Position numbers and translations under genes: made by a program. DNA of 64,000 nucleotides, taken from positions 26,102,001-26,166,000 of the forward strand of contig JBHGNT010000002.1 of the NCBI GenBank assembly GCA_043228905.1, given 5' to 3'. Positions within the stretch are counted from its first letter, which is position 1, and the number at the start of each line of letters is the position of its first letter. Under the pieces are notes generated by a model, which had not been told where the DNA came from, did no database searches, and saw only the letters and a program-made list of their open reading frames with translations. This document shows, piece by piece, positions 52,230 to 64,000 of the stretch. Source of the DNA: Azolla caroliniana. Lineage: Eukaryota; Plantae; Polypodiophyta.

Positions 52230-54537
52230 TTAAGGAGGTTTTAGAGGTCCGCTTTGCTTGGCATATTCGAACACATTTTTTCCTAGCTCCAAATTTCCCC
52301 AATACCTACAACCATCCAACATTGTTTGCCATGTTACACGATTTGGAAACAAAGGGCCCTTTCTTATCATCTCTAGGGCGTTATCTAATCGACCTTCTCG
52401 GCCAAGGAGATCGACCACACAAGTGTAGTGTTTGATTGTTGGAAGAATGCCATAGTCTTGGCTCATAATATCAAAATATGTTTGGCTTTTACTATGTAAG
52501 TGTGCTCGACTACATGCTTTCAGAAGAATAATGAAGGTGACATAATCCGGATGCATTCCGTCTGTTTGCATAATATGAAAGCCATGGAAAACATTCTCAA
52601 TTTCTCCACAATACACATATCCATCAATCAAAATGTTCCACGAGACACTATCGCGATGTGGAAGCTTATCGAATAGCTTTTCGGCACTAGAAAGGAGACC
52701 TGCTTTAGTGTACATATCAAGCAAGGCATTTCCAAGCACTATGTTTGTTTCGGGCAGGAAGCCTTTTCTCTCAAGCTCGGAATGTATTTTGATACCCTTG
52801 TTTGTGATCCCAATGCTTCCGCAAGCTTTCAATCCGCAAACAAATGTGATCGAATTCGGAGGGACATTCTCTAATCGCATTTGCTCATAGCATTTTATTG
52901 CACAGTCGCCTCGTCCATACTCCGTATACCCATCAATAAGTGCTGTCCATGAGACCACATCTCGAGCTTGAAGCTTGTCAAACACCGCTTGTGCAAAGTC
53001 AAGTAGACCAAATTTGGAATACATGTCTATTAATGCATTTCCTACAATAATATCTTTTCTTCCAGATAAGCCGAGGCTGTCAATCAATGCATGGATAGCT
53101 TTTCCTTTATTTCTAGCTTTTATGCTACCACAGGCTTTCATGCCACAAACAAAAGTAACTGAATTCCCCACAATTCCTTCACATTGCATCTGTTCCAAGC
53201 ATTTCAATGCTTCTCCACCCAGCCCATGATCACTTAATCCTGACATTAAAGCATTCCATGTGACTACATTCTTTTGATTAGAAATCTTATCGAATGCTTC
53301 CCATGCTGTTGCGAAAAATCCACATCTAGCATATGTATCAACCAAAGCACATCCAAGAAAAAATTCTTTCTCTAACCACCCTCTACTCTCTATCTCTGTC
53401 GCTATCTCCTTAGTTTTATCCACTGCTCCAATGTGTGCACAAGCTTTTAGTACAGATATAAAAGTGACAGCATTTGGGGAGAAACACTTATATTGCATTT
53501 GTTCAAAGCATTCCATTGCTTCTCCATAGCTTCCATACATACAATAACCTCCAATTAGAGATGTCCACATGACCACATCTTGTGTCCAAGATGTATCGAG
53601 AACTTTCTGAGCTTCAAGGAGGCAACCACAAGAGCTATACATATAGATCAAGCTACTACCAATGAAAGCATTTACTTCTAACAAACCAAATTCTTCAATC
53701 TTACAATGAAGTTCTCTACCTCTTTCCAAGTCTTTCAACTCTGCACAAGATTTCAATAGCGCAACAAACATCCGTGGGCATATACATTGATGCATATAAT
53801 GAACCGTTTTCATTCTCTCATACATGATAAGGGCATGGTCATGCATGTTATGTTTGACATAGCCATGCATGATGGCATGGAAAGGGGCTTCGTTTGGATG
53901 CATTGAACAATCAATAACATGATGGGCCTGACTGATACAACCCGCATCCACCAACAATGAGACAAGCATATGGCCTAACATTTTGTGAGATTTTAACCCT
54001 TTTCTCTCCATGTATGCATAAACTCTAAGAGCATTTTCTTGGTTTCTCTTGCATTTCTTCAAAATGAAAGCAAGGTCATCATATGAAGGTTGAGGAAGCT
54101 TACTACCTTTCTCTAAAGCACAAAGTGCATCCTCTATGACAAGATTTCTCCATAACTCTTCTTCACTTTTACTACCTCTTTTGATGTTTCCTTTTCCTTT
54201 TTCTTCTTCATTTTCTTCTTTTCCTTCTCTTTGGATCATATCTTCTGATAAGAGGTTTCTTTTGACCCAAACAGGGGTGTACCAAGAGTCTATCCATAGA
54301 CACTCGTGGCTCAACTTCTTCTTAAAATCTGCATCCCTGGGGTTTCTCTGCAAGCAAGGATATACATACATACATATACATATCTATATCTGTATCTATA
54401 TCTATAAATTAATGAATAAAGAAAGAAAGAAAATATACACATAGAATTACTTTGCTCTTCCTGTTGTCCAACCAAAGAGACGGTTTTCTGAAGTAATCTT
54501 CCCACAGATGATCTGCTCGTGCCCTTGATGACTGCAT
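52230..54537 (-). CDS. PLS-class PPR protein (PPR gene 3) with N-terminal OSB-type PDF-like motif, ~734 aa, 2 exons, no DYW
   Basis: Exon 1 54537-54451 (MQSSRARADHLWEDYFRKPSLWLDNRKSK), 103-nt intron GTAATT...TTGCAG (54450-54348), exon 2 54347-52230 (RNPRDADFKKKLSHECLWIDSWYTPVWVK...). Five PLS triplets follow, then HYTCVVDLLGREG and VTWQTMLDGCRYWGNLELG (E1). Confidence 0.88.
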
Positions 54538-54586
54538 TCACTAGCCAAAAACCTAAACTCCCCTTAATCTAACCCCCAAAACCATG

Positions 54587-54595
54587 AAACCCTAA
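54587..54595 (+). promoter_or_regulatory. Telo-box (AAACCCTAA) ~50 nt upstream of the PPR gene 3 start codon
   Basis: Exact AAACCCTAA within a degenerate telomere-like tract (54545-54625). Telo-boxes are known plant promoter/5'UTR elements; function here is unproven. Confidence 0.45.
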
Positions 54596-55207
54596 AACAC
54601 TAATCCCAAACACCAAAACCCAAATAGAGACCCATGAAGGAGTTTCATATGAAAAATGATGTTCGGAATCTTTCGCTACCTTACATCATTTGACGAATGT
54701 TTAAGCTTAAGCTGATTAATCTATCCACATCAATCTCACTCTTATTAGATTAACAATCTTCACCTCTTTCGTGTTAAGCCTCTTAATGTCCACATCGTAT
54801 TTTAATCATTGTATTATTAAAACCTTGCCACTTCTGAAATGTCAAAAAGCTGGTTAAAGTTCGATCATAATATTGTTACGTTTTCCTTTTGTGATGGAAC
54901 ATTGACTGGAATGTCAATAGCCATTTTGGAATGTAGACATAATACCATGGGGTATGGGTTGATCTATGAGCTGTTGCTTAAATGACAAAACTGACCCTTA
55001 ATTGTATCGTTTTTCTCGCATGAATTCAGTATTTTCCTATGTGAATCAAGTTTTTATACTACTATCATAATTATGATGTTTATGGTGTTGTTGACCTAGT
55101 CAGCTCGTGAAATATAATACATAAGCCTATGTTTAAGCTTTTATACACACAATTTCATTTTGTTACACATTACTCAAGATAAAAGTTATTCATATAAATG
55201 ACCATTA

Positions 55208-55560
55208 GCAATCACCCCAGCGTAGCAAGTTTTATCATGCATCATCTTTGTAGCTTGTTGACAAAGCACTCTAATAAGAACAGGGGGCATAGCCCTCATT
55301 AGCAAAAGTAAATCTTGAAAATGGTTTCGGGCAATCACTCGCGCGTTGCAAGGTTTATCATGAATCATCTGCGTAGCTTGTTGACATGCCACTCCATTAG
55401 GAACAGAGGCAAAGCTTCTCATTGGCTAAAGTAATTCTTGAAAATGGTTTTTTCGTGATCACCCAAGTGCATCCAGGTTTTAGTTCACAATGATTGTGAA
55501 TCATCTTTATAACTTCTCAACATGGCATTAATGTCAGAACAGAGAAGACCTCCCCATTTG
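55208..55560. repeat. Diverged tandem repeat, ~123 bp x ~3
   Basis: gcaatcac...tttatcatg-atcatct--gtagcttgttgaca...gaacag...cattagc/cattggc...tcttgaaaatggttt at 55208 and 55331, with a weaker third copy from ~55457. Confidence 0.8.
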
Positions 55561-55849
55561 CAACCAAATGCAAATGAGACATGTTTTTTTCTCTCTCCGT
55601 AAAGATATATATTTTTAACACGGAAATGTAGGTATGTTACTTTTTGCTAAAGCTCTATGCATGAGCATGAATCGAAGGGTGAACAAACTTCGGAAATGGG
55701 CAATTGGCCCTAACCATAAGTGTATCAGTTTTCCGTAGCATATGAATAGAGAAATTAGGAACTTAGTTTCATAGGAGAGGAGAATGGGTTCCACCATTGG
55801 AGGTTATGAAAGACCTGCTCAGTACAGTTGAATATCCACAAATGGCCAA

Positions 55850-58634
55850 ATTAGGAAATTCTCAGTATGTATTTCTTGGTCCTCTTCCATGTCTCCTACA
55901 AGTCCACAACCTTGCCCAAGTAAAGGGGAAGGCATTCGTAAAGACTCCTTTGTTTTTCATCCTTTTTGGAAAAACTTCGAGTGCATAATCAATATTCCCA
56001 TGTTTTTGAACATAGCCCATATCTTCCATATTACCACAAGCTTTTTATATTATTAGCAAACAAAGATTCAAGAACTACCATGGTATGATTTCAACATATG
56101 TTCTTACCAATGCCTCTCAAGAATCTAAGTTTCTTACTTCAAGTATGTTGAGCACTTCTTGGGCAGAAGAAATCAAACCACATTTTTCATACACATCAAA
56201 CTGTTACTTATAACACCTTCACTCTCAATGCACCCAAACCTTTCGATCTTGGCATGTATTTCTTGACCTTTGATCGCATCTTGAATCATGTTACAAGCTC
56301 TCATGCCACAAACATATGTGAAAGAGTTAGGAAAAAGACCCTCGAGTTTCATTTGTGAAAAGCACTTCAATGCTTCCTTGCCATTCTGCATTTTAGAGTA
56401 TCCTGAAATCAAAGCATTCCAGGACACCACATTCGGAACTGAGAGTTTATCAAACACTTTCTCTGCTCTTTCAAGCCAACCACATTTAGCATATATATTT
56501 GCCAAGCTATTTCTTACACTATCTGTATCCAGGATAGCATTGCTCTCAATTTGAGTATATATTTTACGGACTTTATTTGTTTGTCCTAGGCATCCACACG
56601 CTTTCAAGGTACAAAGATATGTTACAACATTTGGGGAAACTCCTTCATGTTGCATTTCTTCGAAACACATTAGCACTTCGTCATTACACCCATAGTCATT
56701 ATATCCTTCCATTAACACATTCCACGATGCAGTGTTGCGAACAATTAGCATATCCAATACTTTCCTGGCATCAACAAATGCGCCATTCTTTGCATACATT
56801 TCAACCAACGAACTCCCCACAGAAAGTTCTTTATGAAAACCCAACCGCTCAACGTCAGCATGGGTTTGTCTTCCCTTACCTAAGAATCTTGTGCCACCAC
56901 AAGCTTTGAAACCATAAAGAAATGTGATGTGATCTGGACAGGAACACTCCTCTTTCATATCATTGAAACATTTCAAGGCTTCACCACTTCTCCCATGTTC
57001 AACATATCCAGTGATAAGTGTATTCCACGACACTGTATTTCGCAGAGGAAGTGTTTGAAAAAGTTTATGCGCTTTTGCAAGTGCACCACATTTAGCATAC
57101 ATGTCAATCAAGGCATTTCCGACAACAGGATCTTCCTTCACTAAACCTTGTCTCTCAATCTCCAAATGTATTTCTTGCCCTCTTTCTAACGCCCCTACAA
57201 TGCCACATGCGTTCAATCCACATACAAGTGTTGCGGTGTTGGGGAGGATTCCTTCAAATTGCATCTGTCCAAAACACTCTAATGCTTCTTTACCATGTCC
57301 ATATTCACAATACCCAGCCAAGAGCGTGGTCCATGATACTACATCTCTATTCAGAATGGTTTCGAATGCTTCTCGAGCCTTTCCAAGCAATCCAAATTTG
57401 ACATACATATCAACCAACATGTTAGCAACGGGGAGTATATGCAACAACCCTTTCCTTTCAATTTCAGTATGTATTTCTATACCTTTATCAATAACCCCCA
57501 TGCTACTACAAGCTTTCAAGATGGCAATAAATGTGACATAGTTAGGACAAACACCTTCAAGTTGCATCCTTTCAAAACACTCTATTGCTTCCTCACCATA
57601 GCCTTGCTCTACGTATCCAATGATGAGGGTGGTCCATGAGACTACATCTCGATTCTGAAGCTTGTCAAACAGTAATTGTGCAACAGTGACTAAACCACAT
57701 TTACCATACATATCAACCAGGGCACTGTTCATGAAGCATTCTCTTTCAAGGAGTCCTTTTCTCTCAATATAAGCATGAATCTCATGTCCCTTTTCTATTG
57801 CACCTATAACGCCACATGCTTTCAATATACAAACAAAAGTGGCAACATTTGGAGAAACACCCTCAAATTCCATGTATTTAAAACAACGTAATGCTTTATC
57901 AATATGCCCATGTTCGACATAACCTGATATCATTGTCGTCCATGAAACCACATCACGAAGCGGAAGCTTAAGAAAAACTTGTTGTGCATTGATGAGCAAT
58001 CCATGTTTGGAATACATATCAACCAAATTATTGCCAATGTAGAGATCTCCTTCTAAGAAACCTGTTCTAGCTGCATCGAAATGCAACCGAAGACCACTTC
58101 TAACATCGCCAACCTTTGCACAAACTTGCATAAGAGACACAAACGTATGGCCAGTTAGATGAGAGAAACAATCATTTGATGGCATTAAACGATACAATCC
58201 AAGTGCTTTTTCCAGCAATCCAGCCTTGATACAATCCATGATCATAGAATTCCCACATTGATTCATCATGATATACCAAACCCATCGATTATACTTCTCC
58301 CTAGTTATGGACGCATCCTACGTCAAACCATTATCAAGAGGAAACATCTCCCTAGTTATACATTTGGTATTAGCTCCTTTTCTTGCATATATGCATGTAA
58401 GCAGAGCGCCTTTGCGAGGCTTCTCTTTCTCTTACAACAATTCAATACAGCATATACATCGTAAAGCATGGAAAGCCTCTCATGATATATCACAGAGACC
58501 TTGAAACGTCTTTTCTTCCTCCTCCACCTGCTTAATACATCAACTTCTTCTTCTTCTTCTTCTTCTTCTTCATGTTTTCATCCCATTTGTATGTTTGGTA
58601 AATGTAGAATGAAATAACTGAGGAAACAGAGCAT
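55850..58634 (-). pseudogene. PLS-class PPR probable pseudogene (PPR gene 4) with intact 698-aa core (58269-56173)
   Basis: The 5' part reads ..VLNCCKRKRSLAKALCLHAYMQEKELIPNV*LGRCF with in-frame stops and frameshifts, e.g. GLVYHDESMW/+1/NSMI at ~58252. A 3' frameshift at ~56195 continues in another frame as DVYEKCGLISSAQEVLNILEVRNLDS*, followed by deleted motif fragments. No E domain. Confidence 0.8.
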
Positions 58635-58849
58635 TTCCTTGCGTCAAGTCTCAAAAGATACCCCTCTCCCAAGTTTTACTTTATTACTTTCCGTGCCCCT
58701 ATGTTTTCTTGCTATTTTCAAAAATACCCCTGATCAAGTTCCCCTAAAAAAGAGGAAAAGAGGGACAAATCTATTGAGAATAATGATGATGCAAGTGCTC
58801 CTTCGGGTCTTTCCGACAACTGTGTTGGGGGACCCTTTATCATCTCACT

Positions 58850-59700
58850 ATCATTGGCGATGCTCCTCACTCACCTCAATTGAAAAATTGCTCGGTTGTA
58901 TCTCTGATTGATGTTCTTCGACTTAAACTCATTAGCAATCTGAAGGGAATCCAACCAACCCCTTTACAAGCTTAGAGTCTGTAGACCAATTAAACTTGAT
59001 CAGTCAATGAACATCTAATGTGTATAAATAGAGTTTTGTTTCTTTGGCCACAATGTACTAAGTGCTCAATTATGGATTCAACAAGCCAACCAAATTTTGA
59101 AGGATGCTTGAAATGTTACGATCATTTGGTAGATGGACAACATACAAGGTGTAGCCTTCTTCCAATTATTTCTCTTTGGAATGGAGATAGTACAAGAATA
59201 TGTGATATATCTACACTACATGATTGTAAATTTACACCCGGAGTTTCAACAATATGACAACACTCTTGGGAACTTGAAAACACATCAACACAAATAGCAT
59301 AGACAGAGTCTAGATACTTGTTCACGTACCACATGATGCTTTTCATCGCTACTCTTTGCCTCTTGACAAGATTTGACATGACCTTGCTCACCACATCCAC
59401 CCCACTTGTTATGCTCAGCCTAGTGCCCATAATGGAATACATAAGTAAAGAATATTCTGTATTTATTCCTTGGTTGCATTAGACCTCTAGATAGTCCTCC
59501 TTTCTTACTCTCAAATTGCTCTAACATCTACATACTCAAAGGTTTGTCCCTCCTCACATGGAATTGGTCGAATATCTTTGTGAAGTACTCTCCTTGAGAT
59601 AGATAAATATTTTGACTTTTTCTATCTCAAGCGACCTACGTACCCAATATATGATTTGCAACATCTAGATCCTTCGCATCCAATTAAATTACATTGAGTA
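58850..59700 (-). mobile_element. Decayed Ty1/copia reverse transcriptase-RNase H remnant
   Basis: Minus-strand echoes in correct order: KDLDVANHILG, RDRKSQ, YLSQGEYFTKIFDQF, MYSIMGTRLSITSGVDVVSKVMSN...AMKSIMWYV (cf. LMYAMVCTRPDIAHAVGVVSRFMSNP..AVKWILRYL), SKNINQRY (cf. KHIDxRY). Many stops. Confidence 0.7.
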
Positions 59701-60695
59701 CTTGTTTTTCTCTTGACTAGAGTGTATCATCTTATCGAGGTAATGTTGTAGGCTCAAATAATCATGTGCTCTATTGTGAGAGGCATGGCTTTGTCTGGTA
59801 ATTCACCTTTTGTTGAAGGATGGAAACTATCTTGGAAGATTTCCTAACATATATCATTGATTATACTAGCACATGATTGTTTTTTTAAAGAAACCATCAA
59901 GCTAAAAAGAGAGGAATTGTTGGAGCGAGAAAGCTGTCTCCCTTTCGCTATTATTGATCATATTCGATCGGCCACTTGCAGCGTGCAACAACATCTCAAG
60001 TTGTGAGAATGGGTACGAGTTTGGTAAGAAAGGATCTAAAACCTTTGTTTTGCAATGCCCCATGGGCAAACTCAAATTTTTGCGTCAATTGTTCCACAAC
60101 ATTTTTATCCTATTGGTGCTTGCCTACGTTTATCTTTCTTGCCAACACTACATGCATTAGGAAATAGCAAATAATTGTAAGGTTGCATTTCTGAATCTAA
60201 AGTGTTGCCAACATTACTTTTAGGACAAAGCCAATAATTGTAAGTCGAATTTATGTTTCACCTAGTTTTGGAATCATGTCCAAGAAAAATTTGTTAGGGG
60301 AATGAACCTAGCATTTATATATGTCATCGCTATTTTGTTGCTCAAAACATGTGTACTAGTTGCATGACATTTAAAATTGTTTGTTTCCATGCATAATAAA
60401 TTACACTTCACAATATTAGTAGCATTATAGTCACATGCAATCAAATATTTAAATAGATAATGCTCCAATTCAACAAGTGATGTTGTATTGGTACTACAAT
60501 GCACATAGAAAAACATATAACACTTTGTTGGTTGATTCAAATGTCAGTAACTTCTTTTACAATGCACAAAAGATTGTTAGTCAATGATTCTACAAAAAAT
60601 ATGGTGTCCAATATCAAGTATTACTAAAGCTACAACATGGCTCTATTATTTATCTAGTATTATGGTAAAAATCTTGGACCAAATTAATCTAGTAC

Positions 60696-63600
60696 TTAAA
60701 ATTCTAGTTGGATATCTTTGGCAATAAGTTGGGCGTCTGATTTTGTTCCAGCTAGTCCTTTCCCGGACATCCCCACCACATATAAACCATTCCTTCCTTT
60801 CCATCCTCCGATGCAACCTTGAGAACTTGGGAATCCATCATGTGTGAAGTGGTCATCTTGTCCCTAGGTTAGTGAAATCCAAACAATAAAAATGAGAAAT
60901 CATGTCTCAAATGCACATCGACAAAGGTTTCAACCTCACTATTATATCAAATACAAAGAAGTAAAAGTATAAGAGTGATAACGTACAATCAACCAATCTT
61001 TCACATTGCTTCGATACCCAGTGGCTAAGATAATGGAATCAAACTTCTCACTTTGTCCGTTGTAGAATTGAGCACCCTCTGGTGTGAAAGTTTTTATTGC
61101 GGGAAAAACCTATTGTAGAAAGAGCATCACAATATTTGACATATTATTTTAATGAAATGAATCATACTTGAGGAATATAACGAATATGATGACATAGAAC
61201 CCCCCCCCCCCAAAAAAAAAAAAAACCACCATGTGTATTGAATGGCACCTTCTCTTTCACACCATATGTTCATCATTTTGAATATTAGGTTATGTCAACA
61301 AATTCAAGACCTTTCTGATTTTCGAAATACATTGGAGTGTATGATGTGATAATTTAGGTGTTCGAGTTAAGACATAGAGGTATTCATATGATATAAGTGA
61401 AAGCATGGAGTTTGAGCATAATTACTTGACATTGAATTACCTTTATTTGACCACTCTTTACTAAACAAAGAGTGCCTATATCTAGCACAGGTGTTCTTCT
61501 CCTCCTGTTTTTGTAGGCAATAGGACCCTCTTTAGGCCTTGGTAAACCACATTTAGCAGTATTTTGCCATTTACACCATGCTGCAAAAAGTAGAATGCAG
61601 TCTGCAATCCACACTGGGAATATTTTTACTAGCATAAAAATGATTGCAAATGTGGACTCTCCCAGTATTTCTTGAGGCAATACATGAACCTGTACATTAA
61701 AACACCAATCAGAGCAAAAAACAAAATATAGATGTTTGAACAACAATGAAAAAGAAAAATAGATGTGCATAACTATGAGAATATCGAAGAAGAGTAAATC
61801 GTGGGCCTAAAATATATTTGGTTCATTCTTTGCTTTACCTATGCCTTCTTATCGAGAGAAAAGGCAAGAGGGTTATTACTGTGAGGAAAAAATCAACAAA
61901 GGAGACTTCTCTATGTTCCCATAGTTTTTTTTCCCTATTTCAAACTTTTATCTTAAAGGTGAACAAGAGAGGTTGCAGTTCGACTTATCAACATTACATC
62001 GTATACCGTCAAATGAATTGTAAGGTGTGCATACCGACAACATTCTTTAGAAGCAACTTGCCATTTAATAAATCTTTTGATCATTTTCCAAAACTTTATG
62101 GCAAACAAGATTCTATAAAAAATAAAACTACTTCGTCATTCACTAAATCTTGGGATCAATTTGTTTTTTTAGAACCTTTGTTTGTAGAAAGCGACAATTC
62201 TTCGCTAGCAAAAGGAGAAAGATAATGATGTGATTAGCTTTGCTCTCACAACTATGTATTTGATTATGCTCTTATGTGGCACATTCATTAAAACAAGGCA
62301 AAGACGGTTGACGAATTGAATAATCATTAAACAAGAATCATCAAAGCTTACACAGAATAAACATTATATATATATATATAACGAAGAGGGTTAACGAGAT
62401 TTATAATAATATGTTTGATTATTACAGATGAGTGCATGTGTAGGCACACAAAATTCTAGACATTTCCCCATGTGCAAAAGAGTCACCTTTCGCTCATGTC
62501 TTGTTGTAGTGCCCAATATTATGAGGTTCAAAATGCGAGGTTGATCCACATATCTAGGCAGGTGCAATGAGGATGAGTTGGGGCTCAAATTATGTAACAC
62601 ATCTATAGATGCAATTTCATGCATACCTAGGCAGGTTTAGTGTGCACATGCTATTGATGAGTAGATAGGAGACGACCACGATATGACCCTCCACGCCTCT
62701 ACCTAGGTATGATTTTCCTCGCCTATATCAGCTCATAATGAGTAAATGAATAGCAATATACATTGTATTCAAGCAACCTTCCTCGAATCTAAATCTAAAT
62801 CTATGTTTGAAACCTCTTTTGCATACTAAGAAACTAGGGTGATTTTAAGTAACGTGCATTCATGGATGCCCGACACTATCCTAAATAGTTGCCCAAATTC
62901 CAGTTGAGAAGGAAACTTACATCAAATGGACTACAACTATCACACATTGCATGGCATTTGAAACCTTGATTACTCTTTGAATCTAAATACATCGTCTAGT
63001 TCAAATGTACTCAACAAGTATATGTTAGAAATGATTTCATATATATATATATATATATATATGGTACACAATTTCACCAATTCAATTAGAATTTTCCCCA
63101 TGTGTGTAAACTTTGTGTTAGGAGACTTACAGCGTTGCGAACGACGAGAGATGGAAAAGCACCAGATTTGATGAGGTCAAGTGCGATTTCCATGCCTGAG
63201 TTTCCACACCCAACCACAAGCACCTTCTGGCCTTCATAACCTCGCGCATTCTTGTAGTGTTGCGAGTGGCAGACGTTTCCATTGAACTTGTGGAGGTTGG
63301 TAAGGGGGGGGAGGACAGCTTCCGCGTTCTCACCGGACGCAACAATGAGCCAATGCCCAGCATATTCTCGCACCTCATCTTCTGAGTCTAGTGGGTACTC
63401 ATCTAGGTTTGGATTCTTCTTGGTGTTGGCATTGGTGGTAGTGGTGGCCATGTTGTTGTGATTATCGACATTGAAGAGTTTGCTAGGGCGAATTCTACGC
63501 CGAATGGTTTGAACACGCCAAAGGCCAATGCGGTCATCAAACCTGGCAGATGTGACACGTTCATTGAAACGAGGACGTAGGTTGAAATGGGTGGCATAGC

Positions 63601-63904
63601 TGGTCAGGTAGTCTACGAATTGGGCCGCAGACAAGTAAGTGGGGAAGTGAGGTGGGATGGGCAGGTGTGGAAGCTCACAAAAGGTTTTGGGCAGGTGCAG
63701 GTGGATGCGATCATAGGTGTGGTGTCTCCAGAGGGAGGCGATACCGTCTGATCTTTCGAGGATGAGGCTAGGGATGTTTAGGAGGCGTAGGGATGCGGCT
63801 ACCGCGAGGCCTGAGGGACCTGCACCCACGATAATGGGCCCACTCGCAAAACATAGGGAATTCATTGGCTCCTCATCCCCCCATAAGTCAAAGGCCTTCA
63901 TCAT
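60696..63904 (-). CDS. YUC: YUCCA flavin-containing indole-3-pyruvate monooxygenase, ~437 aa, 4 exons
   Basis: Exons 63904-63131, 61689-61441, 61109-60987, 60863-60696 join in phase 0 with GT-AG (1314 nt). FAD motif GPIIVGAGPSG, TYDRIHLHLPK-FCELP, FMO motif FNGNVCHSQHYK, NADPH motif VVGCGNSGMEI, TPVLDIG, IILATGYRSNV, WKGRNGLY. Confidence 0.96.
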
Positions 63905-64000
63905 TCAATTCAATCTTCAATCTTCTCTCTCTCCCACTCTCTCTCTCTCTCTCTCTCTTTCAATCTTCTCACCCAATCATTAAATTCTATGTATTCTATA

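Noticed and set aside
54348-54371. ORF-track start MYVYPCLQ for PPR gene 3
   Set aside because: It lies in the 3' end of an AT-rich intron ending TTGCAG; the upstream exon completes a recognisable motif and is the better start.
58270-58634. Stops in PPR gene 4 rescued by U-to-C editing
   Set aside because: Reverse editing is known for organellar transcripts, not nuclear mRNAs, and the region also has frameshifts that editing cannot fix.

Overview
Eukaryotic nuclear DNA from a land plant. The very long, near-intronless PLS-class PPR arrays and dense GA/GT microsatellites suggest a fern or other seed-free plant (inference). Genes I could reconstruct by hand with GT-AG splice sites are: a 13-exon SEC14-nodulin (SFH-type) lipid transfer gene (+); a 3-exon SAUL1/PUB43-44-like U-box/ARM gene; a 2-exon DUF3527 gene; a 4-exon YUCCA monooxygenase; and a set of PLS-class PPR genes (three intact without DYW, one disabled at both ends, plus relics). 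All but the SEC14 gene lie on the minus strand. Intergenic DNA holds three LINE insertions (one with a perfect target-site duplication, one with a candidate duplication, one internally deleted), a decayed copia RT/RNaseH and many local tandem duplications. The most notable observation is a small exon missing from the ORF track (54537..54451). It splices in frame onto PPR gene 3 and assembles an OSB-type 'PDF' ssDNA-binding motif fused N-terminally to a PLS-PPR array. All coordinates and translations were read manually and no database searches were run.
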